Source: Eremomyces bilateralis CBS 781.70
Lineage: Eukaryota
Direction: 5' to 3' (one strand)
Assembly: GCA_010015585.1 (NCBI GenBank)
Contig: ML975152.1
Length of the DNA stretch: 64,000 nt
The position numbers and the translations under genes are program-made. Position 1 is the first letter of the stretch. Each line of letters begins with the position of its first letter. Shown piece after piece: positions 1-12,515 of the stretch. Under the pieces are notes generated by a model. That model searched no databases and had not been told where the DNA came from. It was given only the letters and a program-made list of their open reading frames with translations.

Positions 1-1225
1 GAGCGACGCAACATGACGAATATTTCGAGGTTGAGCAACTTGGTCGTTGAAATAGAAACGGGCGGTGCGCGATGTGGTTGCAATTGGATATTCAAGGCGT
101 CAAGGCGCCAAGGGGGCCGTCCGAAGACCGAACTCCGAAGGATTTCACATCAAGGATGAGGTCGTCCAGACTCCGTCCCCACTTGAGCCGCGTTGAGCCT
201 CATATCTGAGTAAGGTAAGGCAGAATTCGTGTCTGCCTACTTGACCTTTCTGGGGTTTCTTGCGGGGTGCCAACAGTCGACATAGTTATGCATCTGATGA
301 GTGTGGTGGTGGCGTTGTTTAGGAGCCGCAGAGCCTCCACAGAAGAGTAAAGCAACAAGCGGTGACGTCGAATGTGTGGCGCAGTGTAAGCCGCCACACA
401 TCCCTGTTAGGAGGTCTTGCACGTGTGGGATGATGATCATGGACGGAGTAGTTACAGTAGAGATGTGCACTTCTATCGTGGAGGAGTTAGGACTTAGGAG
501 GCTTCAACCTCCCGTCGCAGCACCGCAGCCAGATTCCTTGACTGCCCGGTCTACAGTGCAATTAGGTCATCAAGTCAGCCTTGGTGTGGCTTCACGCTGC
601 TGCTTGAAACTCCAAGCATGTCCTGATGCTAGTATACACGGCTGCATCTATATGGGCCGGACGGTGTGGAGGAGAAACCCACGGTGGTCGCGAAATCCTC
701 AAGGTACCAGACCCTGGGCTCGCATATCATCGTGTGAATGAACCGAACCTCCGCAAGACTACCCCTTCGGGTTTGAGGGACGGCCGAATCAAGGATTACA
801 AATGGATGGCTTACAAAAACTAATGCAACGAGAGAGGAAGGTTGGCGATTAAGTATTCGTCCAGGGATATTATCTCGGGCAACTCCGTCGGTGATAAGGC
901 ACATCCTCACAATGTATCGTGGAACGAGCCCCGGCCCCGGCCTACCCTGAGCCACAGACTGACCATCTTACTTGACCCTGTCCTGCGGATGGGAATGTCT
1001 TGATACATTGACCGACGCCCCGAGCCGCCCACGGTCTACCCGACTCTGACTATCGTGTTTGCCGGTCCTATAGATAAGAATCTTATGTCCATTGACCAGC
1101 GCCCCCAGCCGCATACTTGATTCTTAAACCGAGACCCGCACATGCTGGGACATGGTCCACTCGAGTCGATCCATCAGGCAACGATCATCGTGACCTGTCG
1201 GCGAGCAATTCGAAGGTTGAATTGG

Positions 1226-2222
1226 TCAGAAACCCGCCTTCTGCCTCTTTTTCACCGGCCGTCCCTTGTCCGATTCGATCGATGCGTTCGACTTGTTTCG
1301 CTTCAAGGCCATCCATCCCTCCTCCTCTGCCTCTCCCGTCGCGCCCTTCGCACCTGTCCCCGGCCTAGAATCGCCCGTATCCGAACCCCCAGGCATGCCC
1401 ACGCCTTCGTCCCCATCATGCCGGAATTTCGCCCGCTTTCCCCTACTTTTGCCCATGCGTAAATCCATCACGCCGCCTTCCACCTCCGCGATGGAATCCT
1501 GCGACCGTCGCTTCCGTTTGTTGCGCTTCCGCTTGGTGTTGGGGGACATGGTTCGTTCGCGACGCCGTTCGGCGCGGCGGATCGCTTGCGCGCGGAGGCG
1601 GACTTCCACTTCGGCGGTGATGTCGTCGTACTCGACCGGGACGGTGTTGCTCTCTTCGGTGGATGGTTTAAGGCGCTTCGAAGGAGAGAGCTCGATCACG
1701 CTGTTTTCTAGAGAGCGTTTCACGGGGGTATCCGGTATGTGAGCTCCGGGAGCTGTAGCCAGCCGTACTTTGTGGGTTCTCGTCGCATCGTCCTCCGGAC
1801 TATTGCCACTCTCGTTTCGCTGATCGAAGGTCAACATGCGAGCCGGAGGGCAGGTCATGACACTTACCAGCTCTGCTTTGACCAGCCTTGCCTGGTCGAG
1901 CAATCGCGTGGATATGTCTAGCATTCCCTGTATGCGTCCGCGGAACACGCTCGAAGCATCATTGGCCAGGTCGGGATGTTGGACGATTTGGCTGATGATG
2001 ATTTGGTGGCTTGTCAGATTGACCAGATGCAGGTCGAGCAACTGCGTCAAGTAAGTATCCTGCACTACGATTCCAGGACGACCAGATATGAGTGCTTACA
2101 CTCTCCCATGCAGAGCTCTGCATGCTTGCACTTCGCCAGCCTTTTGCATCGATGTTTGATAGGGATGCTTGGAGCGTCTCCGCTCGTTGGAGGCGTTCGG
2201 CCCAGGTTTCTGGCTCTGCCAT
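1226..2222 (-). CDS. Hypothetical protein with a basic, NLS-rich C-terminus; 2 exons (2222-2100, 2059-1226)
   Basis: The 41-codon exon MAEPETW...WES joins in frame to the 279-aa ORF (DTYLTQLL...) through a GTAAGC..TGCAG intron (2099-2060). No recognisable family motif. Confidence 0.6.
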
Positions 2223-3641
2223 GGTGGATGTAATGCACGTTGTATCGTATAACTCAGAAAATGTCTAGGTGTTGAATGCTGCGTGTGGACATTACAAAGG
2301 TGGTAATATCACCGTCATCGGGAGTTGTTAATTGAGTGTTTATTTGCGTTGTTCGTTGCCGGGTGCAGTTGATGTTAAGTGTTTGTACGATCGATACCCA
2401 TGCACATGGAACCCCAGGGTAATTAGAGGGTTGCCACTTGCACGCGTAAGTGGGCATTCCAGACTCCAGTTCACAGCGCAACTATTCCATGGTGGTTCAC
2501 TGCATCAACACTCCGGTATACTCTGTACAGAGTTGAATAATACTTAGATACATACATTTATCCTTAAGCCGCATCCACAAGTGCTTTTCTCAGTCACTAT
2601 AAGACCCGTTCCGACTCTATTTATCCATTGAAACCACACGTTTCAATGACCCCTTGAGTCTCCACCACAACTTTTCTTGCAGTTGTGTTGTAGAGATATA
2701 TCAACAATTGCCTTATCGATAACTTGTATGACTGCCGGTGACACGCCCACGGTTATTTCCCATCCGTACGACCCCCATGTTCCAGAACGTCGCATTTTCC
2801 CCACGTTTGACCTGCCACCATCGTACACACCCGAGCCGGACCTCCCGTGAAAACAACGCAAAGGTGTATAGCATAGTCTGCCATCAACCGAAGTGAAAGG
2901 ACTGGGAATTGGGAGAAGGATGAGTCGCTTGCTACGATGTAAAATCGGCCAGACGCGATAGAAACGGACAACTGAGATGGTCCAGGAAAAGAGGAGAACC
3001 CGTTGACCGCAGCGGGTATGAGCCGTGATATTCCTTCCACCCCTCATCATCGTTCATCGTTCATCATAACAAGGAGGAGATATGGGGTCGTAGAAGTCGA
3101 TCAACGCAAACTAGGAGACAAGGGCACAGATCGTAAGCTAAATCACGGGAATGCATAAATATGACACGATGCAATCATCCACTGACCGGCATCTTCGGGC
3201 GAGAAATGGAACCAGCAACGATAGGGGAGAACGTTCAGTCAATACTCCTTATGGAAGCGAACAAAGTACGAAGGATATTCCAAGCGTGGTAACCCGATCC
3301 CCGTGAACGATGCGACGCGCAGGGGGTTGGAAGAGAAGGCAGCGAGAGAAATCAAAGGAAAGGGGAGATGGAAATCGGGGAACCTCGATCTCGATCGCTC
3401 AGCCGCAGCACCAAAGCACGCCGAGAATCGAAATCGAGATCCCCTCCTCCGGCCGGTCAACCCGATCCAGCACGAAAATCAGACCGGTAACCCAAAACGA
3501 ACCGAGACGAGGAAAAATATGTGGGAGATGTGTAAAAGTTAAGGAAAACCCTTTTTGTGACCCCGCCCGAGTTTTTCATGCTACAAACTTTCCCCGTACC
3601 GAAATGATGGCGACGTTTTCGAAACTCCTAATTAGAACCAG

Positions 3642-5946
3642 TTATCCTTGATACCCCCCGAACCCGTTGCCCGGGAACGCGCCAGGATTCGGCCCCGGCG
3701 GCTGCGCCCATTGTGCTTGTCCCTGGTTCCCACGCCCGTAGCCGCCGGCGCTCGCTGGCATCTGAGGGTACGGTTGGCCCATGGCTGGTGGAGAGAATCC
3801 AGCTTGGCCTTGCTGGAAAGGTTGGCCAGCCGGATTAGGACCTAGAGATTCTCAGTTAGCGACAAAGTTCCAAATATATGCGCAGCGAGAAATCAAATGC
3901 ATCAAGTGACAAGAAGAAGCTGGTGGAAACCTCAAGAGGTGGTGTTGCAGATTAGTACATGCCCGAGACTAAAGGGATGCCGAATGCGGAGGGGTCCAGG
4001 TGCGGCATTTAGTGACTCTGTGATGTCCAGGATTGGCATAGGGAGCAGATGGGGATGATGAATAGCGCCTCTGGTTGCCGTTGCCGTGTGGCCTGTTGTA
4101 GGGTTTCCTCTGATATGGGTGGAATTCACCTTGGCCAGTCCACTTGCGCTTCCTCGGCTGATACTCATTTTGGGATGGGGGGGAGGGTGTGTCATCCGAA
4201 GCGCCAGGGTGTGCCTTGGGTTTCCTGGGAAGTGTATGATGCGTTCGGTTACCTTGGTGCCCGGCCTGGACTGGGTAGTCGGGTTCATAGAACTCATCCT
4301 GGCAACCATCGCTAGTTTTCGAACAGAGGGTTACTGCATCCCCATTGTACCCTGGATCAGTTGAGCAATCCTGCATCTCTGTGTCCTCAGATGCATGCGA
4401 ATACTGCTGACCGTGCTGATTTCGAGAGGAACGTCCCTCTGACGATCCTGCGGAATCCATACGGGGCCCTCCGTTTCGACCAGGGGATGATTGCCGACCG
4501 TCTGGATGATAGTGGGACGCAGGTGGAGAAGCAGCGCAATGAGACTTGGAAGGAGGTGGCGGGTAATGAGAGTTGTATGTACCTTGAGGAGACATCGGGC
4601 CGGGTGGACCGCCGTACTGGGGGAAGTACGCACTGGGGGTCTGCGGGAATGCCGAGTTGGGGCCTTGCGCAGGCGAATAGGTTTCAAACTGTCCGGTAGG
4701 AGGACGATCTTTGCCCCACTGAAAGTTGTCAGGTGTGAAAGGATCCATTAGCCGGGAGTGTCAACTTACGCTGCACTTGAGGGGCCTGCCGTTCACTTGA
4801 TACCCGTTGAGCTGGCAGATAGCCATTGCTGCATTCTCATGGGTATCCATCTTGATGAAAGCGAAGCCACGATCGGACTGGAAGCGAGTCTCGACTACGT
4901 ATCCAAAATTCTGAAACAAGGGAACGAGATCCTGCTGAGAAGTGTACGGAGTCAGATTGCCGACGTAGCACGTGGTCTGCCATTGAGGAGTCTGCTGAAC
5001 GATCATTTCGTAGCTTTGCATGCCGTTCGTTGGGAAATGATGATGTCCATAAGGAGTGGTTGGCGTCATCCCCATCGAAGCCATCGCCTGCTGTTGGGAC
5101 ATGGACGGCTGGCCTTTTTGATTCGCCCAGTTGCAGCGAATCGCGCGGGAACCAAGCCACTCCCCGTCCATCGAGTTGAGAGCCTTGTCCGCATCGGAAC
5201 GATCGCGGAAAGCGACGAAACCATAGCCACGAGAGCGGCCGGTTTTCATGTCCCACATGACACGGGCTTCGGAAACGTTCCCAAACGCCGAGAAGGCTTG
5301 GGTTAGAATCTCATCATTGACCTCATTGGACAAATCGCCGACGAAAATGTGGAAGTGGCTCGACGTATCTTCCTTGTTGGAGCTGTTCGATTGATAGGCC
5401 CAGTTGACGCGAATTTCCTAAACGTTGTGAGCAACCGCTGATATTCAAGATAAAAAGCCCACATACCGATTGATGGATGCGACGACCGTTGAGAGTTTGC
5501 ATGGAACGTTCTGCCGCGCCCGGGTCGTCGAATTCGATAAACCCATAGTTGAACCCCTTGGATTGATAGTTCTTGTCCGGGATGATCTTGACGCTTTGAA
5601 CGTGACCAGCCGTCTCGAAGATCTGACGAAGGACTTCCTCGGTCACACGCGGGTCGAGACCACCGACGTATAGCGCACGCTTGTTGGGCTCCGGAGCCGC
5701 GCGGCGGACGTAGCCACCGGCGCTGGCAGGGGACATGACGTTCCCGGACATCGGGGAGCTGATCGCGGTAGGGATCGGATTGGTGTTCTGCGGGATGATG
5801 ACCGGGGCAAGAGCCGGCGGGGGCATATGCGAATTCCCACCTTGTCCATTGCCCGGCACCGTACCCGGAGGGGCATTGTTGTCGTAGCCCGGCGCTCCGG
5901 TCGAGGGAGGGGGTGGGAGGCTAGCAGAGGGATTCGACTCAGACAT
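3642..5946 (-). CDS. pub1: Pub1/TIA-1-family poly(A)+ RNA-binding protein with 3 RRMs and a G/Q/P-rich tail; 4 exons
   Basis: RRM motifs ALYVGGL, NYGFIEF, SRGYGFVAF, TCYVGNL and RGFAFIKM. Introns lie at about 5466-5419, 4769-4719 and 4582-3842. The last exon (3841-3642) reads GPNPAGQPFQQGQ...FGGYQG*. Confidence 0.93.
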
Positions 5947-8030
5947 TGCTGAAGATAATGCTCGACGAGCTATTTCGGTTGACTTTGATGCCCTAAGAGA
6001 TGCTTTCGCAGCGAAAGGAAATTACGGGCCTGACGACAGCTCGATGGCACGGCAAGAAAAGTCGCGTTTCGATATGAAAGCGGACTGCAGTAGACAGACC
6101 GGCCGGTGATGTTCAAATAAAGCGCTCAAAGCTGGACAACAGCAAGGAAAGGCCGAAGGGATGTCGAGAGCGATGAAGAACTGCAAGGCGGTTGAATCTA
6201 TGGCAGGCGGAGGAAAGAATGAGCGCTCCGAGATCATCATGATGGAACCGAAAGGAAGTCTACTGTACTCACCGACAAGTAACCAAAGCTCCCGTCCGAT
6301 GGAAAGGGAATCGGTCTTAGACTGAGGCCAACCGTATCGCTTGGCGAAGGAAAATCGAAGGAGACGGAACTGAAACCCTGAGGAAGTGGAAACAGCACGA
6401 AGGAGATGGAGAGAGGAAAGGAGATATGATAGAAGTATTGGTCGCTCTGCAGGCTTAAAAACCGCCGACCGATAGGAGAAGGAGGAGGGAGAAGACGTCA
6501 AGAAATGAAGACAGAGTGGAAGGAATACTTGAAAGTTGAAAGGGGGTGGGAATGGAGATGGAAAGAGAAAGGAAAAAGAAAGGTGAACAGAGCAGCGGAT
6601 GGAGAGGGTGAAGTGGAGAGAGTGAGGAGGAGGAGTAGTAGTGAGGAGAACGGAGGATGAGGAGAATGAGGAGAATAAGGTGAGTGAAGTGTGATGGAGA
6701 GAGAGAGCGGCGCAAATTATGGCGTTGCACCGTGCATGGGTAGAGGTCACTGGCGGTGTTCAGGGTGCTGGTTACTGGTGGTGCTGCCCCGACGGTCTGG
6801 GTCAGTCGCTGCGTCTCCGGGGCTCTGGAGAGGTTTCTGGCCCTTCTGCCGCGCTGCAAGTGATTAGTTTTCTACGGAATACTACTGTTGGTTACAGAAC
6901 TGGCAGAACCGTAGAACCGGAGTGCAGGACCGTCCGGCTGGCGGGCCGTAGCCAACCTGCAGTAGATAGGACTAAACTAGCGATAATAGAGCCTAGAGCC
7001 CTGGTAGGGGAGGCTGGGGAGGGTATTGGCACTATTGGGTAACCGGTGAGAGATACAGGAGGGGGGATGGTTCACTGTTAGCAGCTGTTCCGGCGCCAAA
7101 CCCCTCGCCTGTCACTGCGACAAATTCAACGTCGGCTAAGGGTTGATTGGATGGTATGCCAGTCGAGCGAGGAGGCGTTGGGCGGATATCAGATTTCAGA
7201 GCCGCCCATGCACATTGCAGAACAAGGTCATGAAGGAATATTAAGGAATAGCTAAAGATTCATCAAGAAATGGAACCCTTTCATCGAATTATTAGCGACG
7301 CTGCGGAATACCGCAACAATAATGAAAGGCCCAGTATCAAGTCGAGTACAATACTTAAATAGTAGGACCCATATAAATTCACCGCAACCTTAAGCCTCTC
7401 ATGATACAATGCGGTACTCACGGTAATACAGATTACTATATATAACCATAGCAAGAATTAGGAAAGAGCCCTCCTTGGTTAGATCATGACAGTGGATGCT
7501 GACAATACGAACTCCTGCCCGGTACGGAGTACAGGATATATACTGGCAGTCCAGTCAGGTAGTACGGACCTCCTGTGGAGTCGTGATACTTTGCTAGGTA
7601 CGGAATACTATTATTCTTTATGTAAGGTACCAGTTTGCTATCAGATTACTATCAATTTGCTCTCCATAGAAAACTGCTCTTCTATGATTAATCTATACAT
7701 GCGGATACACGTCCATCGTGATCTATCAACATTCAATTTACATTCTTCCTGTAGTGAGTGAGTTACACTGAAACGTATTCCGTAGGTACCCACCCCTTCC
7801 CGTCCTCCCCACCAACCAGCCCCGAACCCAGATGAACCAATGAACGGGCACCAATCACCCAACGCGATCATGACCACACCCGCTCCCATCACTTCACTGC
7901 TCCCATTACCATCGCCGCGCAAATATGATCCGCCATCTAACCCCCCCACTTAGTCCCTCCATCTTCCCTCCATCCAAGACATCCATCGCCTCTCCCTTCT
8001 CAATCGCTGCTCCGACTCCAGCTCTCCATC

Positions 8031-9304
8031 ATGTCCATGGCCATGCCGCCGCAGCCCCAAGTTCGCGCGCATCCCGGCCCGCAGCAGGCCCAGCAACCGC
8101 AACCGCGCCAGGGAAATGCCACCCGGCCGCCCGGTGATGCGCAACCAACGCGCGCACCCCAACATCCCACAGAAAGGCTTCAAGGAATGGTCAATTTGAT
8201 GGTGCGGCTCAACCTTTCATATCTGCAATACCAAGTACGCAGTGGCTAACAGGTTCTCATCAGCTCGTCCAAACCGGTCGCATCTTTTCGGACCCTTCCA
8301 AGCGACGCGGACACGGCGCAACCGTGACGCGGCAGCAACTCATGCAGATTTTCCCCGAGGCGGAATCGAACTTCCACAATGCGCTCGATGAGCTCGATGC
8401 GGACTTGCAGCGGAGCCAGGCCGTGCTGCGGCGCGATCTGGCGCTGGCGCGAGAGCGGAGGCGGAAGAAGGAGGAGGAGGCCCAGCAGCTCGACCGAAGC
8501 GCGAAAGCGAATGCCGACGTTGATGCGAAAGTGGTGAAGAAGGAGGACGTCCAGATGGCCGATGCGCCTCCCCCAGCGAGCGCGACAACCGGCGAGAAAA
8601 AGCCCGATGCCGTCGCCAACGTCAACGGCGGCGCGGACGCACGCAACAAGGCGAAAGTGCCGGCGGAAATGCCCACGAAGACGTCACCCAAGGGATCATC
8701 CACATCCGCCATCCCCAAAAACCCCAACCCCACCACCGCCACAACTTCCGCCCCCACCTCCGCCCCATCACCCAGCAAAGCTGCCTTCGCCTCCATCGAC
8801 TTCGAGTCCATCGACTCCCTCTTCGCCTCCCACCCAGGAAGCCCGTCCGCGCCGCTTCCCGCCGCCTCGCCACAACCTCATATTCCCCCCGCGTCTCCCA
8901 CCGGCATCCTCGACAACCCCATGCCCCCCGCGACCATGAACCCCGTCGACGACCTCGACTTCACCATCCCCGGAACCGGCGACGCAGGCGAGGACTCCGG
9001 CCTCCTCGCGGGCCTGGATACGTACGCCAACATCGAAGGACCCGGCGGCGCGGACCTGCCCCTGCTCTCCGCCGCTCCACCGGCACCAGACGCACAGAAA
9101 CCGAAGCTCGCGGATGGCGACGATGTGGCGATGGGCGGGTTGGGAGATTTCGGGAACGTCGACGGGGAGGGGAACGAGGATTCCGTGATGGGCGGACAGA
9201 CGTTGGACGATCTCTTTAACTCGTTGGACGATCTGATCGGGGACTCGGGAACGGGCGAGGGAGACGCGGATGGGGACGTGAATTTCGATTTCGACTTTAC
9301 TTGA
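8031..9304 (+). CDS. Uncharacterised protein with an N-terminal coiled coil, a P/S/T linker and an acidic-aromatic tail; possibly a Mediator tail (Med2-like) subunit
   Basis: Exon 8031-8189 joins in frame to 8264-9304 through a GTCAAT..GCTAAC..CAG intron. Contains FHNALDELDADLQRSQAVLRRD and ends DGDVNFDFDFT. The Mediator call rests on architecture only. Confidence 0.65.
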
Positions 9305-10241
9305 GCGGGGGGTGCGGATGGCACGGGATTGGTGACCATCGCATGGAGGATACGATCACCATCGGGTTGTGGAGCGACAAAATCGTGGCGTATACCAGGT
9401 TTGTCCCGCGATCTTACGCACTTATGATGAGAGCACTGGGCGTTCGGATGTCTTTTCTGTCAGGACGGTTTGTTGGAGACAGCCATTCCCACCATACCCG
9501 TTGTTGACCTTCTCTGGACGTCATTGTATGGGTTGGGCATAGGAGGATGTTCATGGAACGCTTCGTCTGGTCTGCATGGTGGTTGGCGTATGGATTTAGA
9601 CTAAAAGGTGTCGTCTAACGACGTCCGAATTAAATCATAGCAATTTACGAATCCACGAGGACTGCTTGTCAGATGTCGTTGAGACAAGCATTAGGATCTT
9701 TCTTAGGGGTTGGCAATTGCTGAGTCGGATTCTGTCCTACGCTACCGGTAGTTCCCCTATTCACAAGACCACCAATCCGTTGGCAAAGACTCCCACCTCA
9801 AGTTCATGCTTAACTTTACAACGCCGATGGAAAATCAGGACTATGACAGCTGCCTCCGAAGCAATGATATAGGCGTGAGGATTGGGTGTTTTCATGATAA
9901 TCTTTTGGTTCCCTTGCATATCTGCTTTCAATGCACCCCTCCTTCCCCATGCGCGAACTGCTTAACTTCGTTTTGTCAGAATTCCTTACATTGACACCAA
10001 TACACGCATATATTCCGCTCAACGTAGCCCTCTGCATCGCCGCTGAAAAGCCCCTTGATCGGACCGTACCCATCGTCTATTCAAGACATCGCTAAATCCC
10101 TCTGTGTTCCAATCTTCTGTTTTTCAAAGGGCGATTCAGATTCGTGGCCCACGCGACCTCGCTCAAGCAACTATCATGGTGATGTTGGAATGGCAATTTT
10201 CAGACTGATCACTTAACAGGGTGAGGAAGGTTGATTCCATC

Positions 10242-11679
10242 ATGAAGGTGGAGCAAATGGCCTTGTTGGCTGCGTCTGCTGTTTCTATACATGCCATGGA
10301 TTACTCGTTCAGACTGAATGGCGGTCTCTCCGGTGAGGCGGTCTTTTTGATCTCACGTTGAGCTTGTGACCATCACCACGCCACTATATTTCATTTCCAT
10401 CTCAGTCATATCGGTATATATTGTTCGCTCATCTGTTCTGTTTATCATGCCCTTCTACCTCCTAGACTCTACTACTCTTCGACATCAACACGCACACGTC
10501 CTGACCGCTGCTTCCCCCTTTCTCATTCGTTTACTAGGAACGCGTCAACTCCCTTCGGGAGTATCCACCTCAACGTACCTTTACAATGCCGTGAGTTCGG
10601 CCGAGGTCCTTCAGGAGTGGTACAACGCAACCACGGGCCTCTATAGGACGGCCGGATGGTGGCAGAGCGCCAACTGCATCCAAGTGCTTGCCGACCTGAC
10701 CGAAGTCGCCCCCTTGCTGCGCCTCCGAACCGACGGCATCGTTTCCAACACGTTCACAAATGCGCAGACATTCAATTTGAAAGAGATTAAGTCCAATGGA
10801 ACGACGTCGTGCATCTGGGATACCTGCCCGGATTCCACGCCGGGGGTCGAGCCGAAGGGGTTCCTTAACGGCTTCTACGACGACGAGGGTTGGTGGGCTC
10901 TGGCGTGGCTCAAGGTCTACGACATCGGGAGGAATGGGACGTATCTGCGTACGGCACAAGATCTCTTCGAAGACATGCTCGCAACGGGTTACAACGCTAC
11001 ATGCGGCGGCGTGTGGTGGGATCGTGACCGGACCTACCACTCCGCCATCGCCAACGAACTCTTCCTTTCTCTGGCTGCCCACCTGTCGAACCGCGTCCCC
11101 GCGCTCCGTTCGTATTACCTGCAATGGGCGCTCCGGCAGTGGGACTTCTTCCAACAGTCCGGCCTGATCAACGCGAACAACACCATCAACGACGGCCTCG
11201 ACCCCACGACCTGCACGAACAACAATGGCACGGTGTACACCTATAACCAAGGGGTGATCCTCGGCGGCCTGGTCGAGCTCGCCCGCGCCGATCCAACGGC
11301 CACCTGCCTCTACCTCGAGGCCGCGCGAAACATCGCATCGGCCGCCATCGCCGCGCTCACGGACCGCAACGGCGTACTCCACGAGCCCGGCGAGCCCGAT
11401 ATTTCCGGCGACGGTCTGCAGTTCAAGGGCATCTTCCTCCGCAATGTGCAGACGCTCATCGCTGCGCTACCCAGCGACGATTTTGCGGCGAGGGAATACC
11501 TCCGTTTCGCCAGGGTGAACGCGGACAGCATCTGGAAGCATGCGCGGGAGCCGTGGATGGGGAGGCTGGGGCCGGTGTGGAGCGGTCCGTATAGGGAGGC
11601 GGGAGCCAGTAGCCATAGTAGCGCGATGGATGCGCTCATTGCTGCAGCGGCTCATGCTGCGAGACTTGCAGAGGAGTAA
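10242..11679 (+). CDS. Secreted glycoside hydrolase family 76 (alpha-1,6-mannanase-like); exons 10242-10332 and 10538-11679
   Basis: GH76 catalytic motif FYDDEGWW, plus CGGVWW, AIANELF, YTYNQGVILGGL and QFKGIF. The upstream exon encodes a signal-peptide-like MKVEQMALLAASAVSIHA and splices in frame via GTGAGG..CTGAC..TAG. Confidence 0.9.
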
Positions 11680-12515
11680 TTGGGCCAGAGGGGATGTCCA
11701 GGCTGTTTCCTTGGGTGTTGCGCGTGCGAAAATGGACTGGATCGCCATGTGATACGCGAGGGCGAACGGTGCTTTTTATTAAGGAATACGGAAAGGTATC
11801 AAGAGGGAGCATCTGGTGCAAAGCTGCAAACGAAACGGATGGCAGATCGCGACTGATGTCATGGTTGATACAAGCTCCAGAGACAAAGTGGAGCAACGTG
11901 GCGCATACCAGTTGATTTGTAACCGGCAGGTTCGGGAGTCTAGACCAGGGACAATTACATATCCCACTGCAGTACCTAAATCCTGAGTTTCATACAACCT
12001 ACCGAATCCTGTCATCCTTGGTACGGTATCTTCGCCCTGCGGCGGCTTGATTGCGATCACCGACAAGGTCGTCCAGATGCTCCCGCCCCTGCCTTGACCT
12101 CCGTTGACGTGACCAATGGGGCACCGTCGTGTCTAGGTACTAGGTAGCTGCTAGGTGCTGTGATAAGTGATAACTGAATGGCATTAGAATATGCCCCGCC
12201 TTCTGAGGTCTGAGTGTTCAACTTGTACGGAGTATAGAGTAAAGACTTAAGTTGTAACTCGTAATACACAGACAGCATGAGCAGAACTTGGTGTTACGAT
12301 CAAAATATCAATTAATATGATAGTATCGGCTGGTAAGTACTGGACGGGGTATCTTCTCCGGTATGGATCTCTAAACTTCCAGTCCATTCCGCTCTCCCAT
12401 GAACCGATTATTCCAAATCCCAAATTCTCGGCATCGCCTCCATCCGGGAACCCTTTATCCATGCCGTCCTTACGACGCCCATCGCAAGTTCTCTTCGTGG
12501 CATCGAATAAAACAC

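Noticed and set aside
1..14. Possible minus-strand gene start (ATG TTG CGT CGC) at the window edge
   Set aside because: Only four codons are visible, too little to support a call.
290..360. CTGATGAG suggesting a hammerhead ribozyme core or a C/D box
   Set aside because: No correctly placed GAAA with closing stems, and no terminal stem with a D box.
6022..6859. 242-aa and 134-aa minus-strand ORFs upstream of pub1
   Set aside because: Low-complexity S/L/F/P translations of a CT-rich leader or promoter tract, not credible proteins.
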